A stretch of 64,000 nucleotides of DNA from contig JAZORI010000058.1 in the NCBI GenBank assembly GCA_045656505.1, positions 38,173 through 102,172 on the forward strand, read 5' to 3'. The position numbers were made by a program, and so were the translations under genes. The DNA comes from Alistipes sp. Lineage in GTDB: Bacteria > Bacteroidota > Bacteroidia > Bacteroidales > Rikenellaceae. The notes beneath the pieces are model-generated. The model worked only from the letters and a program-made list of their open reading frames with translations, ran no database searches and was not told the DNA's origin. Below are positions 1 through 10,307 of the stretch, piece after piece (position 1 is the first letter of the stretch; every line of letters begins with the position of its first letter).

Positions 1-4
1 GCAC

Positions 5-41
5 AAAAATGAGGGCGTCCAGATATTTGGAACGCCCTCGT
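5..41 (-). terminator. Intrinsic terminator downstream of nrdJ
   Basis: Stem GAGGGCGT(11-18)/ACGCCCTC(32-39); A-run at 5-9 gives a minus-strand U-tract; about 20 nt past the nrdJ stop. Confidence 0.75.
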
Positions 42-61
42 TGATCTATAGTTGCTATCTA

Positions 62-2599
62 CTAACCGCACTTAGAGTAGCCGCAGCTCATACAGGTGAG
101 GCATCCGTTCTGGTATGCCATATTCTCCTGGCCACACTGTGGACACTTGCCCTTTGAACGGGTACCATCCTCAATGTACTGCTTCAAAGCGCGCTTTACG
201 CCATTCTTCCAAGTGTTGATGTTCTCGTCATCAAGGTGCAGACCATCGATAAGTGAAACAACCTTGTCGATAGGCATGTTGTAGCGCAGAACACCTGAGA
301 TGAGCTTAGCGTAGTTCCAGAAGCTCTCGTTGAAGAGACGAGAGATACCACCGATAGTGTTTGTATAACCGTAGCGGTCGGTGTACTGGAAGTCGTAACG
401 CTTTGTGCCGTCATCCTCGCGAACCTTGAGAATGTTACCCTTAGTAATCTTTGGAGGGATGTACATTGCGTCATCCTCAATCTTACCGGTGAAAATCTCG
501 TATGGGTGACCCTCGAGAATACCTACGAATGCAATCCAATCCTCCTTGCCGTTCTTGAAACGTACAACCTCTGCAGGGATTGACTTAGGACGGCGGTTGG
601 TCTGTGTAGGGGTCTCGCATTTAGGTGTCTCCTTCTTAGACTTCTTGTCAACAAGCACGCCCGCACGACAACCGTCACGATATACAGTAACACCCTTACA
701 GCCACACTCCCAAGCTGTGCGATATACATCGGCAACAAGCTCCTCAGAGACGTTATTTGGGAGGTTTACGGTTACAGAGATAGAGTGGTCAACCCACTTC
801 TGAATAGCGCCCTGCATGCGAACCTTTGCAACCCAGTCGATATCGTTGGCTGTTGCGCGGTTGTATGGAGATGCTGCAACCCACTTGTCGAGCTCCTCGT
901 CAGAGATTGTCTGCAGGCGAGTAGTGTCGTAGCCGTTGATAGTAAGCCAGTCAACAAACTTGTGGTGATATACATTGTACTCCTCGAAAGAGTTGCCCTG
1001 CTCGTCAACAAATGTTGCAACAACATTGTGGTCAGAAGGGTTGATCTTACGACGACGCTTATATACAGGACGGAATACAGGCTCAATACCTGAAGTTGTC
1101 TGTGACATGAGCGATGTTGTGCCGGTAGGTGCGATTGTAAGCATTGCGATGTTACGACGACCATACTTGAGCATATTCTCATAGAGAGACTTGTCAGCCT
1201 CGCGCAGACGAGCAATCATAGGGTTGTTCTTCTCCTTCTCAGCATCGAATACCTCGAATGCACCACGGTCGCGAGCCATCATTACAGATGCGCGGTATGC
1301 CTCTACAGCAAGGGTCTTGTGAACCTCAACTGCGAACTTGAGAGCCTTCTCAGATCCGTAACGCAGACCGAGCGCAGCGAGCATATCGCCCTCAGCTGTA
1401 ATACCCAGACCTGTACGACGACCCTTCAGAGCCATATCCTTAATCTTCTTCCAAAGGTTAGTCTCAACCTGACGAACGTCAGCATCCTCTGGATCAGACT
1501 CAATCTTTGTAATAATCTGCTCAACCTTCTCGAGCTCAAGGTCGATAATGTCATCCATCATGTGCATTGCCTTGTGGATGTGCTCCTTGAACAGCTCGAA
1601 GTTGAATGTAGCCTCCTTAGTAAATGGATTCTCTACGTAGCTGAAGAGGTTGATTGCGAGCAGACGGCAACTGTCATAAGGACAGAGCGGAATCTCGCCA
1701 CAAGGGTTTGTTGAGACAGTTGTAAAGCCCTGATCAGCATAGCAGTCAGGCACTGACTCGCGGATGATTGTATCCCAGAAGAGTACTCCCGGCTCTGCAG
1801 ACTTCCACGCGTTGTGGATAATCTTGCCCCAGAGCTTGCGAGCGTCGATGTGCTGTACATACTTTGGCTGTGCAGCGTTGATTGGGAACTGCTGAGTATA
1901 TGTGCGACCATCGATAGCTGCGCGCATAAACTCATCATCAATCTTGATAGATACATTGGCGCCAGTAACCTTGTTTGTGTCGAGCTTTGCGTCGATAAAG
2001 TTCTCAGCATCAGGGTGCTTGATTGACAGTGAGAGCATCAGCGCGCCACGACGACCATCCTGAGCCACCTCGCGGGTAGAGTTTGAGTAACGCTCCATAA
2101 ATGGAACGATACCTGTCGATGTGAGTGCTGAGTTGAGCACTGGGCTACCTGAAGGACGGATGTGTGACAAGTCGTGACCAACACCACCACGGCGCTTCAT
2201 AAGCTGTACCTGCTCCTCATCCATGCGGAAGATACCGCCATAAGAGTCAGCCGGATTCTTGTGACCAATAACAAAGCAGTTAGAGAGAGATGCTACCTGG
2301 AAGTTGTTTCCGATACCGGTCATCGGACCACCCTGAGGGATGATGTAACGGAAGTGGTCGAGCAGCTCGAAAATCTGAGCCTTTGACAGCGGATTGGCGT
2401 ACTTATTCTCAATACGCTCCAACTCAGTAGCAATACGCTCGTGCATCTGTGTTGGTGTAGATTCGTAGATGTTGCCGTAGGAGTCCTTGAGGGCATACTT
2501 GCTCACCCACACTGTGGCAGCGAGCTCGTCACCTGCGAAATACTCCTTAGAGGCCGCTACAGCATCTGCGTACTCTACCTTTTTAGTTGTTTTATTCAT
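62..2599 (-). CDS. nrdJ: Class II (adenosylcobalamin-dependent) ribonucleotide reductase
   Basis: 845 aa; TNPCGEIPL and IAPTGTTS RNR motifs; C-terminal CPQCG...CMSCGYSKCG; no ATP cone and no neighbouring nrdB. Confidence 0.88.
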   Translation of the reverse strand: MNKTTKKVEYADAVAASKEYFAGDELAATVWVSKYALKDSYGNIYESTPTQMHERIATELERIENKYANPLSKAQIFELLDHFRYIIPQGGPMTGIGNNFQVASLSNCFVIGHKNPADSYGGIFRMDEEQVQLMKRRGGVGHDLSHIRPSGSPVLNSALTSTGIVPFMERYSNSTREVAQDGRRGALMLSLSIKHPDAENFIDAKLDTNKVTGANVSIKIDDEFMRAAIDGRTYTQQFPINAAQPKYVQHIDARKLWGKIIHNAWKSAEPGVLFWDTIIRESVPDCYADQGFTTVSTNPCGEIPLCPYDSCRLLAINLFSYVENPFTKEATFNFELFKEHIHKAMHMMDDIIDLELEKVEQIITKIESDPEDADVRQVETNLWKKIKDMALKGRRTGLGITAEGDMLAALGLRYGSEKALKFAVEVHKTLAVEAYRASVMMARDRGAFEVFDAEKEKNNPMIARLREADKSLYENMLKYGRRNIAMLTIAPTGTTSLMSQTTSGIEPVFRPVYKRRRKINPSDHNVVATFVDEQGNSFEEYNVYHHKFVDWLTINGYDTTRLQTISDEELDKWVAASPYNRATANDIDWVAKVRMQGAIQKWVDHSISVTVNLPNNVSEELVADVYRTAWECGCKGVTVYRDGCRAGVLVDKKSKKETPKCETPTQTNRRPKSIPAEVVRFKNGKEDWIAFVGILEGHPYEIFTGKIEDDAMYIPPKITKGNILKVREDDGTKRYDFQYTDRYGYTNTIGGISRLFNESFWNYAKLISGVLRYNMPIDKVVSLIDGLHLDDENINTWKNGVKRALKQYIEDGTRSKGKCPQCGQENMAYQNGCLTCMSCGYSKCG

Positions 2600-2685
2600 A
2601 ATATATCAGTTTTATTTAATTTGTATCATATTTAGGCGAAAATAGCCCCTCGAAAGGGACTACTTAATTCTGATATTTTCCACTA

Positions 2686-2693
2686 CAAAAGTA
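2686..2693 (-). promoter_or_regulatory. Bacteroidota -7 box (TACTTTTG) for nrdJ
   Basis: CAAAAGTA on + strand, 87 nt upstream of the nrdJ ATG. Confidence 0.55.
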
Positions 2694-2794
2694 TGTCTTT
2701 TTTGTCGAATAGCCAAAAAATTTCGCATCGTAATTTTTGACAACTTATTAACACTTTTGAAAAAGCGCGGTCCTATGTATCTGTGGCGCTATTT

Positions 2795-3805
2795 TTACTT
2801 GTGAAAATTTTTTGGAGTGCGAAGAGTAAGCTCAACAATACGGCGAACAATGGCAGCGCGCTGCTTGTCGTTGACGTTATAGTAGTAGCGATTTGATGAT
2901 TTATCCTCTGTAAAATCGGTGATACTCTTCTGATCTACAGTAACATAGCCGCTTTTTGAGAGGCTTGCATAACCCTTGTGGCCCTCTACGGCAAACAGTA
3001 CAGCGGTCGGATCCCACAGCGGACGGTTGTACGGCATCTGGGCGTAGTAGTTGAATGATACTACCAGCGGGTGGTTCTCGATATACTTGAAACCATCCTC
3101 GACTGTCTGGTATGGATAGAGGGTACTTTTGCCCAAAGCATAGTCGGTAAAGTACATTGGTACAGGGCACTGAGCGATAAATCGTACGGCTGCAAAGTGG
3201 TCTTTATAAATATTGTACTCCTTTTTGCGCTCGTGGAAGTTACCCGCCATAATTACAACCTTGTCGGCCTTCTGCTCCATGAGTGTTTTGCCGTCAAGAG
3301 GAGAGTACTCGTCACCCTTTGACTCAAGGAGGCGAGCCATATTGGTAGAGAAACCGACAGTGACAAATGTTACGCTCTTATCTGGTTGTGAGGCAAGCAG
3401 TTTACGGATGAGTTTATAGCCGTCGGCAACTGCATCCCAATCGGTGATGGTGTGGGGGTAGTTGTGCGCAGAGACTGTATAGTCGGCGTAGTTGAGCTTG
3501 CTGTCTGTGCACTCGTAGCCCTCCTCGGGGTATGTCTTGACGATACCGACAGGGATATCTGGGTAACCATAGATGGTGTTCATTGCGTCAATAAACTTGA
3601 CACTGCCCAGCTCGCGCTTGCTTGATATAATACCGAGCAGTTCGATAGCCCCTTCGTCCATATATTTGTAGAACATGTCGAGTGCAACAACGTCATCTAC
3701 ATCGTTGCCCATATCTGTGTCGAAGATTATCTTGATAGGCTTGGCAGCGCCTATAGAGAAGATTGTACAAAGTAGTACGGCCAGTAGTGCGATAGTTTTT
3801 TTCAT
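2795..3805 (-). CDS. Exported nucleoside hydrolase (IU-NH family)
   Basis: DTDMGNDVDD acidic Ca-binding motif; LWDPTAV; N-terminal signal peptide. Confidence 0.85.
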   Translation of the reverse strand: MKKTIALLAVLLCTIFSIGAAKPIKIIFDTDMGNDVDDVVALDMFYKYMDEGAIELLGIISSKRELGSVKFIDAMNTIYGYPDIPVGIVKTYPEEGYECTDSKLNYADYTVSAHNYPHTITDWDAVADGYKLIRKLLASQPDKSVTFVTVGFSTNMARLLESKGDEYSPLDGKTLMEQKADKVVIMAGNFHERKKEYNIYKDHFAAVRFIAQCPVPMYFTDYALGKSTLYPYQTVEDGFKYIENHPLVVSFNYYAQMPYNRPLWDPTAVLFAVEGHKGYASLSKSGYVTVDQKSITDFTEDKSSNRYYYNVNDKQRAAIVRRIVELTLRTPKNFHK

Positions 3806-3884
3806 AGGTATAGAGTTTGTTTGCTACAAAGTTACGATTTTTGCTATATTTTACCTACTTTTGTAGTAATATTTTTCGGAAATT

Positions 3885-4655
3885 ATGACAGCTCTATATC
3901 CACATATAGTCTATGGCCCGGTTCGCTCTCGCAGGTTGGGTCTATCGCTTGGAGTCAATCTATTGCCACTTGAGGCGAAGTTGTGTACATTTGACTGCAT
4001 CTATTGCGAGTGCGGTTGGAATGGTGACAATACCGGTTCGCGCCGTTTTAATGATAGGGAAGAGGTGGCAGCAGCCCTTGAGTCTGCACTAGTAGCAATG
4101 GCTGCAGAGGGTCAGTTGCCCGATGTGATTACATTTGCGGGCAATGGAGAGCCGACAATGCATCCGGAGTTTGAGGGTGTGATAGAGGATACGATAGCTC
4201 TGCGCGATAGGTATGCTCCATCTGCAAAGATATCGGTGCTCAGCAATGCTACGCAACTGCATCGAGCAGATGTTATCAGAGCTCTGGAGAGGGTGGATAA
4301 TAACATTTTGAAGATAGACTCGCTTGACGAAGATGTGGCGAGGTTGATCAATAAGCCTTGCTGCAACTATTCCGTAGCAAATGTAGTTGAGCAGCTTAAA
4401 CTCTTTAAGGGTAAGGTGATTGTGCAGACGATGTTCCTTAGGGGGGAGTATGAAGGCAAGAGGGTGGATAATACAACAGAAGAGCAGATTGTCGCTTGGC
4501 TTGATGCCTTGCGAGCAATTGCTCCTCAGTCTGTTATGGTCTATTCTATTGCGCGCGATACCCCATGCAAAACGCTGCAAAAGGTTGAGCGCGAAGAGTT
4601 AGAGCAGATTGCAGCACGAGTTGAAAGCCTCGGTATTGCCTGCTCGGTTGCCTAA
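3885..4655 (+). CDS. Radical SAM protein, function unknown
   Basis: CTFDCIYC (CxxxCxxC); GNGEPT; promoter box TACTTTTG at 3856-3863. Confidence 0.85.
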   Translation: MTALYPHIVYGPVRSRRLGLSLGVNLLPLEAKLCTFDCIYCECGWNGDNTGSRRFNDREEVAAALESALVAMAAEGQLPDVITFAGNGEPTMHPEFEGVIEDTIALRDRYAPSAKISVLSNATQLHRADVIRALERVDNNILKIDSLDEDVARLINKPCCNYSVANVVEQLKLFKGKVIVQTMFLRGEYEGKRVDNTTEEQIVAWLDALRAIAPQSVMVYSIARDTPCKTLQKVEREELEQIAARVESLGIACSVA

Positions 4656-5953
4656 AGGAAGTACTCGACTGCTGCATATACGGGCAGCAGGAAGATAAGC
4701 GCCAGAGCGATATATCCAAAGAATGACGGCATGCGAACGCCCTCCTTCTCTGCAATAGCCTTTACCATAAAGTTAGGGCCATTTCCGATATATGTCATCG
4801 AACCAAAATAGACTGCACCCATTGAAATGGCCTGCAGAATCTGAGGTGCAACACCCGCAATAAGCTCGTGGCTTGTTGTTGCAATACCCTGTGCCACGGT
4901 GTAGAAGGCTACGGCAGTCGGTGCATTGTCAAGGAATGAGGAGAGTGTACCGGTTGCGTAGTAGAACTCTCTTGCCTCAGTAAGGCCGAACATCGCAGCG
5001 TTGGCATTGAGGAATATCAACGCAGGTGTCATTGTAACAAATATACCTATAAATATAATAGCAACCTCTGTAATCGGCTCCCAGCTGAAGTGGTTATCTT
5101 CGCGGATTTTGCGCTTTGTCATCCTCAGTGAGAGGAAAATGATGGCAAGAAGTGCAATCTCTCGCAGGAACTTGATATATATAGGTGCATCGTGCTCGCC
5201 CATAGCCGGGATGGTAGATGGGTTGAGGAATGCAACACAGAGGACAATACCGATAAGCAGTATGAAGTTCTTTGCGCCCCTAATATTGATTGTAAAGCCC
5301 TCATCGTCCTGATAGTGGTGGTGAGGACGAATACCGATAGTCTCGCACTTGTGGTATCTCCAACTATCATATAGGTAGTAGCCTGTCAGTAGAATAGTTC
5401 CAACAGCAACCCACTGCGGATACATCTCCATAAACCAACTGAATGGCGCGCCACGAAGGTAGAGCAGAAAGAGTGGTGGGTCACCAAGTGGGGTAAGAAT
5501 ACCACCGCAGTTTGCAACAAGGGCGATAAATACAAATATTGTATGGACCTTATGCTCACGGTCACGATTCATCTCCAGCAGTGGACGAATAAGCAGCATA
5601 GCAGCGCCCGTGGTGCCGACAAATGAGGCCAATGCGTAGCCTAAAAATAGCATTGTTGTATTTACTGTCGGTGTGGCAACTGAGTTTATGGTAAGTTTAA
5701 TACCTCCGGTAACCACAAAGAGCGAGCTCAATAATATAATAAAAGGTATATAGTCATAGAAGAGCTGATGTGACAACTCTGTTCCAAGACCGCAGCAGAA
5801 GAGGATGATGGATGTTGGGATAGAGAGCAGAAGTACAAAGAAGAGTTTGTTAGAGTTCTTCTCCCACTGTCTGCCTGCAATCAGAGGTGCTATGGCAATT
5901 GCCAGTAGCATTATAATAAATGGTATCAGTAACCAAACTGAAACACTCTCCAT
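4652..5953 (-). CDS. Ion-transporter-superfamily membrane protein (putative Na+/H+ antiporter or carboxylate transporter)
   Basis: About 11-12 hydrophobic segments; LTPLGDPPLFL, SFLDNAPT and YIGNGPNFMVK motifs. Confidence 0.72.
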   Translation of the reverse strand: MESVSVWLLIPFIIMLLAIAIAPLIAGRQWEKNSNKLFFVLLLSIPTSIILFCCGLGTELSHQLFYDYIPFIILLSSLFVVTGGIKLTINSVATPTVNTTMLFLGYALASFVGTTGAAMLLIRPLLEMNRDREHKVHTIFVFIALVANCGGILTPLGDPPLFLLYLRGAPFSWFMEMYPQWVAVGTILLTGYYLYDSWRYHKCETIGIRPHHHYQDDEGFTINIRGAKNFILLIGIVLCVAFLNPSTIPAMGEHDAPIYIKFLREIALLAIIFLSLRMTKRKIREDNHFSWEPITEVAIIFIGIFVTMTPALIFLNANAAMFGLTEAREFYYATGTLSSFLDNAPTAVAFYTVAQGIATTSHELIAGVAPQILQAISMGAVYFGSMTYIGNGPNFMVKAIAEKEGVRMPSFFGYIALALIFLLPVYAAVEYFL

Positions 5954-6246
5954 ATTGAATTTTCTTAAGGTATGTTCTATAAATTAGGGAGTTAATTTTT
6001 CATTTTTGGCAAGCTCTGTTTCGGACGCTTTTGGGCCTATCTCGGCATCTTTTCCGACTTTTCTCTGTTACAATAGGCTATTGCGTTATAAAAAAGAGTT
6101 GGAAAACCTGCTCAAGATATCCTCAAAAATCACCTCGACCTAATTTGGAGAACCTACCTAAACCTAAAAACCGCTCGCAAAGGTAGCACCAAAATGGTGT
6201 CGTTGTTCTGAAAATATCAAAAAAATTTTTAGTATATATATAAAAC

Positions 6247-6287
6247 GACCTTGAGGGCGAGTGATATGCCCTCAAGGTCAACTATTT
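6247..6287 (-). terminator. Terminator hairpin downstream of DPP-IV
   Basis: Perfect 12-bp stem GACCTTGAGGGC(6247-6258)/GCCCTCAAGGTC(6268-6279), with T-rich flanks on both strands. Confidence 0.75.
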
Positions 6288-6311
6288 AGTAAGAGAAGTT
6301 ATAGCGCTTGC

Positions 6312-8426
6312 CTACAGATTCTCTACAGTGTAATCAACCATCTTTTGACGAATCAGCGTGGTGGCTGATGGCATCATAGAGTGGTTCTGGTCGGGATATA
6401 CCATCATGTCATACTGCTTACCTGCGGCGTTGAGGCGGCGACACATCTCCATTGCGTTCTGGAAGTGTACATTGTCATCAGCCGTGCCGTGGATAATCAA
6501 CAGACGGGTACGGTCAGAGAGTTTCTCTGCATGCGATAGTGGCGAGTTGTCGTCATATCCGCGTGGATTATCCTGCGGCAGACCATTGTATATCTCTGTA
6601 TAGATAGTGTCGTAGTAGCGCCAAGAGGTTACTGGAGCAACGGCAATTGCCATCTTGAACAGCCCCTGACCATGAAGCGCGCAGTTAAGAGCCATAAAAC
6701 CACCATAAGACCAGCCGTAGATGCCTATGCGGTCTTTGTCAACATATGGCAGTGTAGCGAGGTGGCGGGCAAAAGATATCTGATCTTCATACTCTGCATG
6801 TCCCAAATCGGCATATGTGCACTTCTTGAACTGCTCACCACGGAAGCCTGTGCCTCTACCGTCGCAGCAAGCCACGATATAACCGCGCTTTGTCAGTACA
6901 TCCTCCCAGTCTGCACCCCAGCGGTTGCGAACAGATTGCGAGCCTGGACCTGAGTATTGTGTCAGCAGTACAGGGTAGGTCTTTGACGGGTCGTAATCAT
7001 GAGGCATCTGAATGTAGTAGTTGAGTGTATCACCGCGCTCTGTGACAAACTGTCGGAACTGCTTTTGAACCAGAGTGCCGGCTGCAGCAACTGCTGCGCG
7101 ACGGTCAGCAAGGGTATCTATGACAGAGCCGTTGCTGCTATTGACTGTAATGATGTTCGGAGTCTGAGCGTCAGTAAAGGTGCGGATATAGTACTTCATT
7201 CCATTCGAAGGGGCGATAAGATTGAATCCACCCTCCGGGGTTAGAAGCTTTTTACCCTTGCCATTGAGCTTGATAGAGTAGAGGTCACGACAAAGCTCCG
7301 AGCGCTCGGTTGAGGTGTAGTATATATTTTTGCCATCAAAACCGACAAGCGATGTAACCTCCCAGCGACCCGATGTAATTGCACCGATGCGACCCTTTGA
7401 AATAGAGTGCAGATATAGGTGCATCCAGCCGGCAGTTGTCTCCTCAAGAACGATAAAGCGGTCTGCGTCAACAAAGGTGATGGTCGCTCTGCTTGGACGC
7501 TCTACATAGCGAGGCGAAGATTCGCTGTAGATGACCTTCTGTGAGCCATCTGTGCGCTGCAGTACCACCTCAAAGTGGTTCTGAAGGCGGTTGACGCGAT
7601 AGAAGGTGAGCTCGCCTGCGGCTGTCCAGTGCAGATTGAAGATATATTGGTCTGTGCACGGGCCGACATCTACTCGGCTCTTTGTTGCTGTAGCGATGTC
7701 ATAGACCCAAAGCTCGACAACAGAGTTGCTATCGCCCGCCTTAGGGTATTTGAAGGAGTAGGCCTTGTTGTAGAGTTTGTCATCAAAGCGCATCATCTCA
7801 AAGGTTGGCACGGCACTCTCGTCAAATCTGAGGTAGGCAATCTTCTCTCCATCAGGTGAGAAGGCATAGGCGTTGGTAAAACCATACTCCTCCTCATATA
7901 CCCAGTCAGAAGTGGCGTTGATAATTTTGTTCCACTCTCCGTCATCGGTTACAGCCGTGCTCTTTTTGTCGGCAATGGAGTAGATGTAGAGGTTGTTCTG
8001 CTTGCAGTATGCAAGTGTGCGGTTGTCGGGCGAGAAGGTGATGTCACGAACGGCCTTGAACGTAACATCCTCTCCTGCTCCGGTCAGCAGATAGTCTGCC
8101 GTAAAGGAGTGGCGGTAGATTGGCGATACGGTAGCAGCATTGGCAAGTAGCAGCATCTTCTCGTCAGTAGAATAGATGTAGTCAGCAACAGCAAAAGGTG
8201 CGGTATAGAGTACTGTGCGATTGTTGTTGTCTGCATATGCTGTGCGAACGATCTCTTTGCCGCTGAGGGTTGTGTAGTGCTCGCCATCTGCCATAGAGCG
8301 CAGGGATGCAATGCCGCTATTTGCGCGGCGAATCTTCAGAATATCTGCATAACGTGCTTGCACGCTAAAATTGGCAGCGATGATAACTATTACCACCGCT
8401 GCTAATCTCTTAAATGTCATCAACAT
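6312..8426 (-). CDS. S9B dipeptidyl-peptidase IV family protein
   Basis: GWSYGG nucleophile elbow, HGTADDNVH, DQNHS; beta-propeller N-terminal half (DWVYEEE); signal peptide. Confidence 0.92.
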   Translation of the reverse strand: MLMTFKRLAAVVIVIIAANFSVQARYADILKIRRANSGIASLRSMADGEHYTTLSGKEIVRTAYADNNNRTVLYTAPFAVADYIYSTDEKMLLLANAATVSPIYRHSFTADYLLTGAGEDVTFKAVRDITFSPDNRTLAYCKQNNLYIYSIADKKSTAVTDDGEWNKIINATSDWVYEEEYGFTNAYAFSPDGEKIAYLRFDESAVPTFEMMRFDDKLYNKAYSFKYPKAGDSNSVVELWVYDIATATKSRVDVGPCTDQYIFNLHWTAAGELTFYRVNRLQNHFEVVLQRTDGSQKVIYSESSPRYVERPSRATITFVDADRFIVLEETTAGWMHLYLHSISKGRIGAITSGRWEVTSLVGFDGKNIYYTSTERSELCRDLYSIKLNGKGKKLLTPEGGFNLIAPSNGMKYYIRTFTDAQTPNIITVNSSNGSVIDTLADRRAAVAAAGTLVQKQFRQFVTERGDTLNYYIQMPHDYDPSKTYPVLLTQYSGPGSQSVRNRWGADWEDVLTKRGYIVACCDGRGTGFRGEQFKKCTYADLGHAEYEDQISFARHLATLPYVDKDRIGIYGWSYGGFMALNCALHGQGLFKMAIAVAPVTSWRYYDTIYTEIYNGLPQDNPRGYDDNSPLSHAEKLSDRTRLLIIHGTADDNVHFQNAMEMCRRLNAAGKQYDMMVYPDQNHSMMPSATTLIRQKMVDYTVENL

Positions 8427-9096
8427 TAAAATCGTAGTTTAGTCGTTTTCCTGTAATGAAGGTTGAGCTGTCGAACTTGTTGTTAAATTGATCGACCGTC
8501 ACTCGCTGACTCTCCTTGTATGGCGGAGTGAGCAGATCGAAGTTGATAGCGTAGTTGATCGCCGTTTCGAGAATCTGTATCAACTGCTCGCGGTCAATCT
8601 CTGCCTTGCCAAAGGCGATAGCGCGCATGGATGTCTGACGCTTGCCCTCAACGAAGAACATGCGCTCACGGTTGATAAATATACGGCCAATCAGATATCC
8701 CTCATCGGCAGAACGCTTCTCCTTGAAAGAGTCGGAGAGGAAGTCGTATATCTCAATCATACCGCAGTAGCAGTTTGCCTTGTCGCTCTGAGCATAGCTG
8801 TTCTGCCAAATGATGTGGTTTGAGTCGAATTGGAAGATATCTGTGTGCATCTTAAAGATGAGCAGGTCAGATGCAATCTGCAACTGAGCCTCATGCTTGC
8901 CACGATCACGATACTCCAATCTTACACGGCGATCCACCTTGCCCTCAAGTGCATCCTCCATCTCTGAGGCCATCTCAAAGAGGGTGTCCTTCAGTAGATT
9001 AAAAACGGCAAATGTGTTGTCAAATACCCTCTGCTTGAGCATCGACTTCTCGGCAATGGTCGCCAGTATCTTTTCACGAAGTGGTTGTGTGGTCAT
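8410..9096 (-). CDS. Hypothetical protein, operonic with dehydrogenase and DPP-IV
   Basis: 228-aa ORF with native codon usage; 11 nt after the upstream stop; overlaps the DPP-IV start. Confidence 0.7.
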   Translation of the reverse strand: MTTQPLREKILATIAEKSMLKQRVFDNTFAVFNLLKDTLFEMASEMEDALEGKVDRRVRLEYRDRGKHEAQLQIASDLLIFKMHTDIFQFDSNHIIWQNSYAQSDKANCYCGMIEIYDFLSDSFKEKRSADEGYLIGRIFINRERMFFVEGKRQTSMRAIAFGKAEIDREQLIQILETAINYAINFDLLTPPYKESQRVTVDQFNNKFDSSTFITGKRLNYDFNVDDI

Positions 9097-9107
9097 GGTG
9101 TGAACTT

Positions 9108-10058
9108 TTATTTGTGTCCCAGTTTGTAACGTATAGCCTCAAGCATATCAGATACGGTCAGCTCCAAATCCCACTTTGGCTTCCAACCCCACTCCTCGCG
9201 AGCACAGCTGTCATCGAGGTAGTTTGGCCAGCTACGAGAGATCTGATCCTTTACAGGGTCAATGTCGTAATCCATTGTAAACTCAGGGATGTGCTTTCTA
9301 ATCTCTGCGGCGATAATCTCCGGCGTAAAGCTCATAGATGCCACGTTGAAGCTGTTGCGGTGAACAAGCTTTGCGGGGTCAGCCTCCATCAGCTCAACGA
9401 TTGCGCGCAGAGCATCCGGCATGTAGATCATATCCATATAGACATCGCTCGGAACGGCACATGTATATTTGCCGCTACGAATAGCCTCGTAGAAGATCTC
9501 AACAGCATAGTCTGTAGTACCACCACCAGGCAGAGTCTTGTTTGAGATGATGCCTGGGAAGCGCAGTGAACGGGTGTCAATGCCATACTTCTGAGAGTAG
9601 TAGTTGCTCAAAAGCTCACCTGTAACCTTGCAAATACCGTAGATAGTTGTCGGCTGCATGATAGTATCCTGAGGAGTTCCATCCTTTGGTGATGTTGGAC
9701 CAAATGCACCGATAGAAGATGGGGTAAAGACCGCACAGTGGTGCTGACGGGCAACCTCCAACGCATTTAACAGTGCACCCATATTTACACCCCAAGCCAT
9801 CTGAGGATTTCGCTCTCCAACTGCAGAGAGGAGCGCAACAAGGTTAAAGATGGTGTCAATATTGTGACGAGCCACAACAGAGGCCATGTTGGTAGGGTTG
9901 AGCGCATCCAATACCTCAAAAGGACCATCCTCAGCAAGGCTTTTGCACTCGCGAACATCTGTCGCAACAACGTTGTGAGCTCCATAAACAGAGCGCAAAT
10001 ATGGCACCAACTCCGAACCAATCTGTCCACCGGCACCGACAACAAGAATCTTCTTCAT
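9108..10058 (-). CDS. NAD-dependent epimerase/dehydratase (extended SDR), L-threonine 3-dehydrogenase-like
   Basis: GAGGQIG Rossmann motif; YGICK; PGGGTTDYAV. Confidence 0.8.
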   Translation of the reverse strand: MKKILVVGAGGQIGSELVPYLRSVYGAHNVVATDVRECKSLAEDGPFEVLDALNPTNMASVVARHNIDTIFNLVALLSAVGERNPQMAWGVNMGALLNALEVARQHHCAVFTPSSIGAFGPTSPKDGTPQDTIMQPTTIYGICKVTGELLSNYYSQKYGIDTRSLRFPGIISNKTLPGGGTTDYAVEIFYEAIRSGKYTCAVPSDVYMDMIYMPDALRAIVELMEADPAKLVHRNSFNVASMSFTPEIIAAEIRKHIPEFTMDYDIDPVKDQISRSWPNYLDDSCAREEWGWKPKWDLELTVSDMLEAIRYKLGHK

Positions 10059-10307
10059 AAGTCTTTAGTAAATATTAAAACATGGCTAATTTACCAATGT
10101 CCATAATCTCCACAAAGTTAAGTTTTTTACCCAAAAACTCCAAACAATTTCAGCGAGATTTTGCTACGCGAATAGCAATTAACTGCAATTTTGCCTCTAA
10201 TTACTACTTGCTCGCGCCGTAAACCACCCTGTGGGGGTTTACATTGGGTAGGGGAGTTGGACCTTTTGATAATCTTTACTACCTTTGTGTGGCTAAGAAT
10301 ATCAGAT

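Noticed and set aside
2600-2794. Cobalamin riboswitch or NrdR box upstream of nrdJ
   Set aside because: The leader after the -7 box is about 85 nt and AT-rich; no B12-box or clear NrdR palindrome is recognisable.
4652-4655. Convergent 4-nt overlap of radical SAM and transporter genes as antisense control
   Set aside because: Stop-codon overlaps of this size are common, and nothing else supports regulation.
10209-10232. Hairpin GTAAACC-ACCCTGTGGG-GGTTTAC between divergent promoters as an sRNA or repeat
   Set aside because: Single short copy; only the CC-ACA-GG loop (minus strand) resembles 24106; not enough to call.
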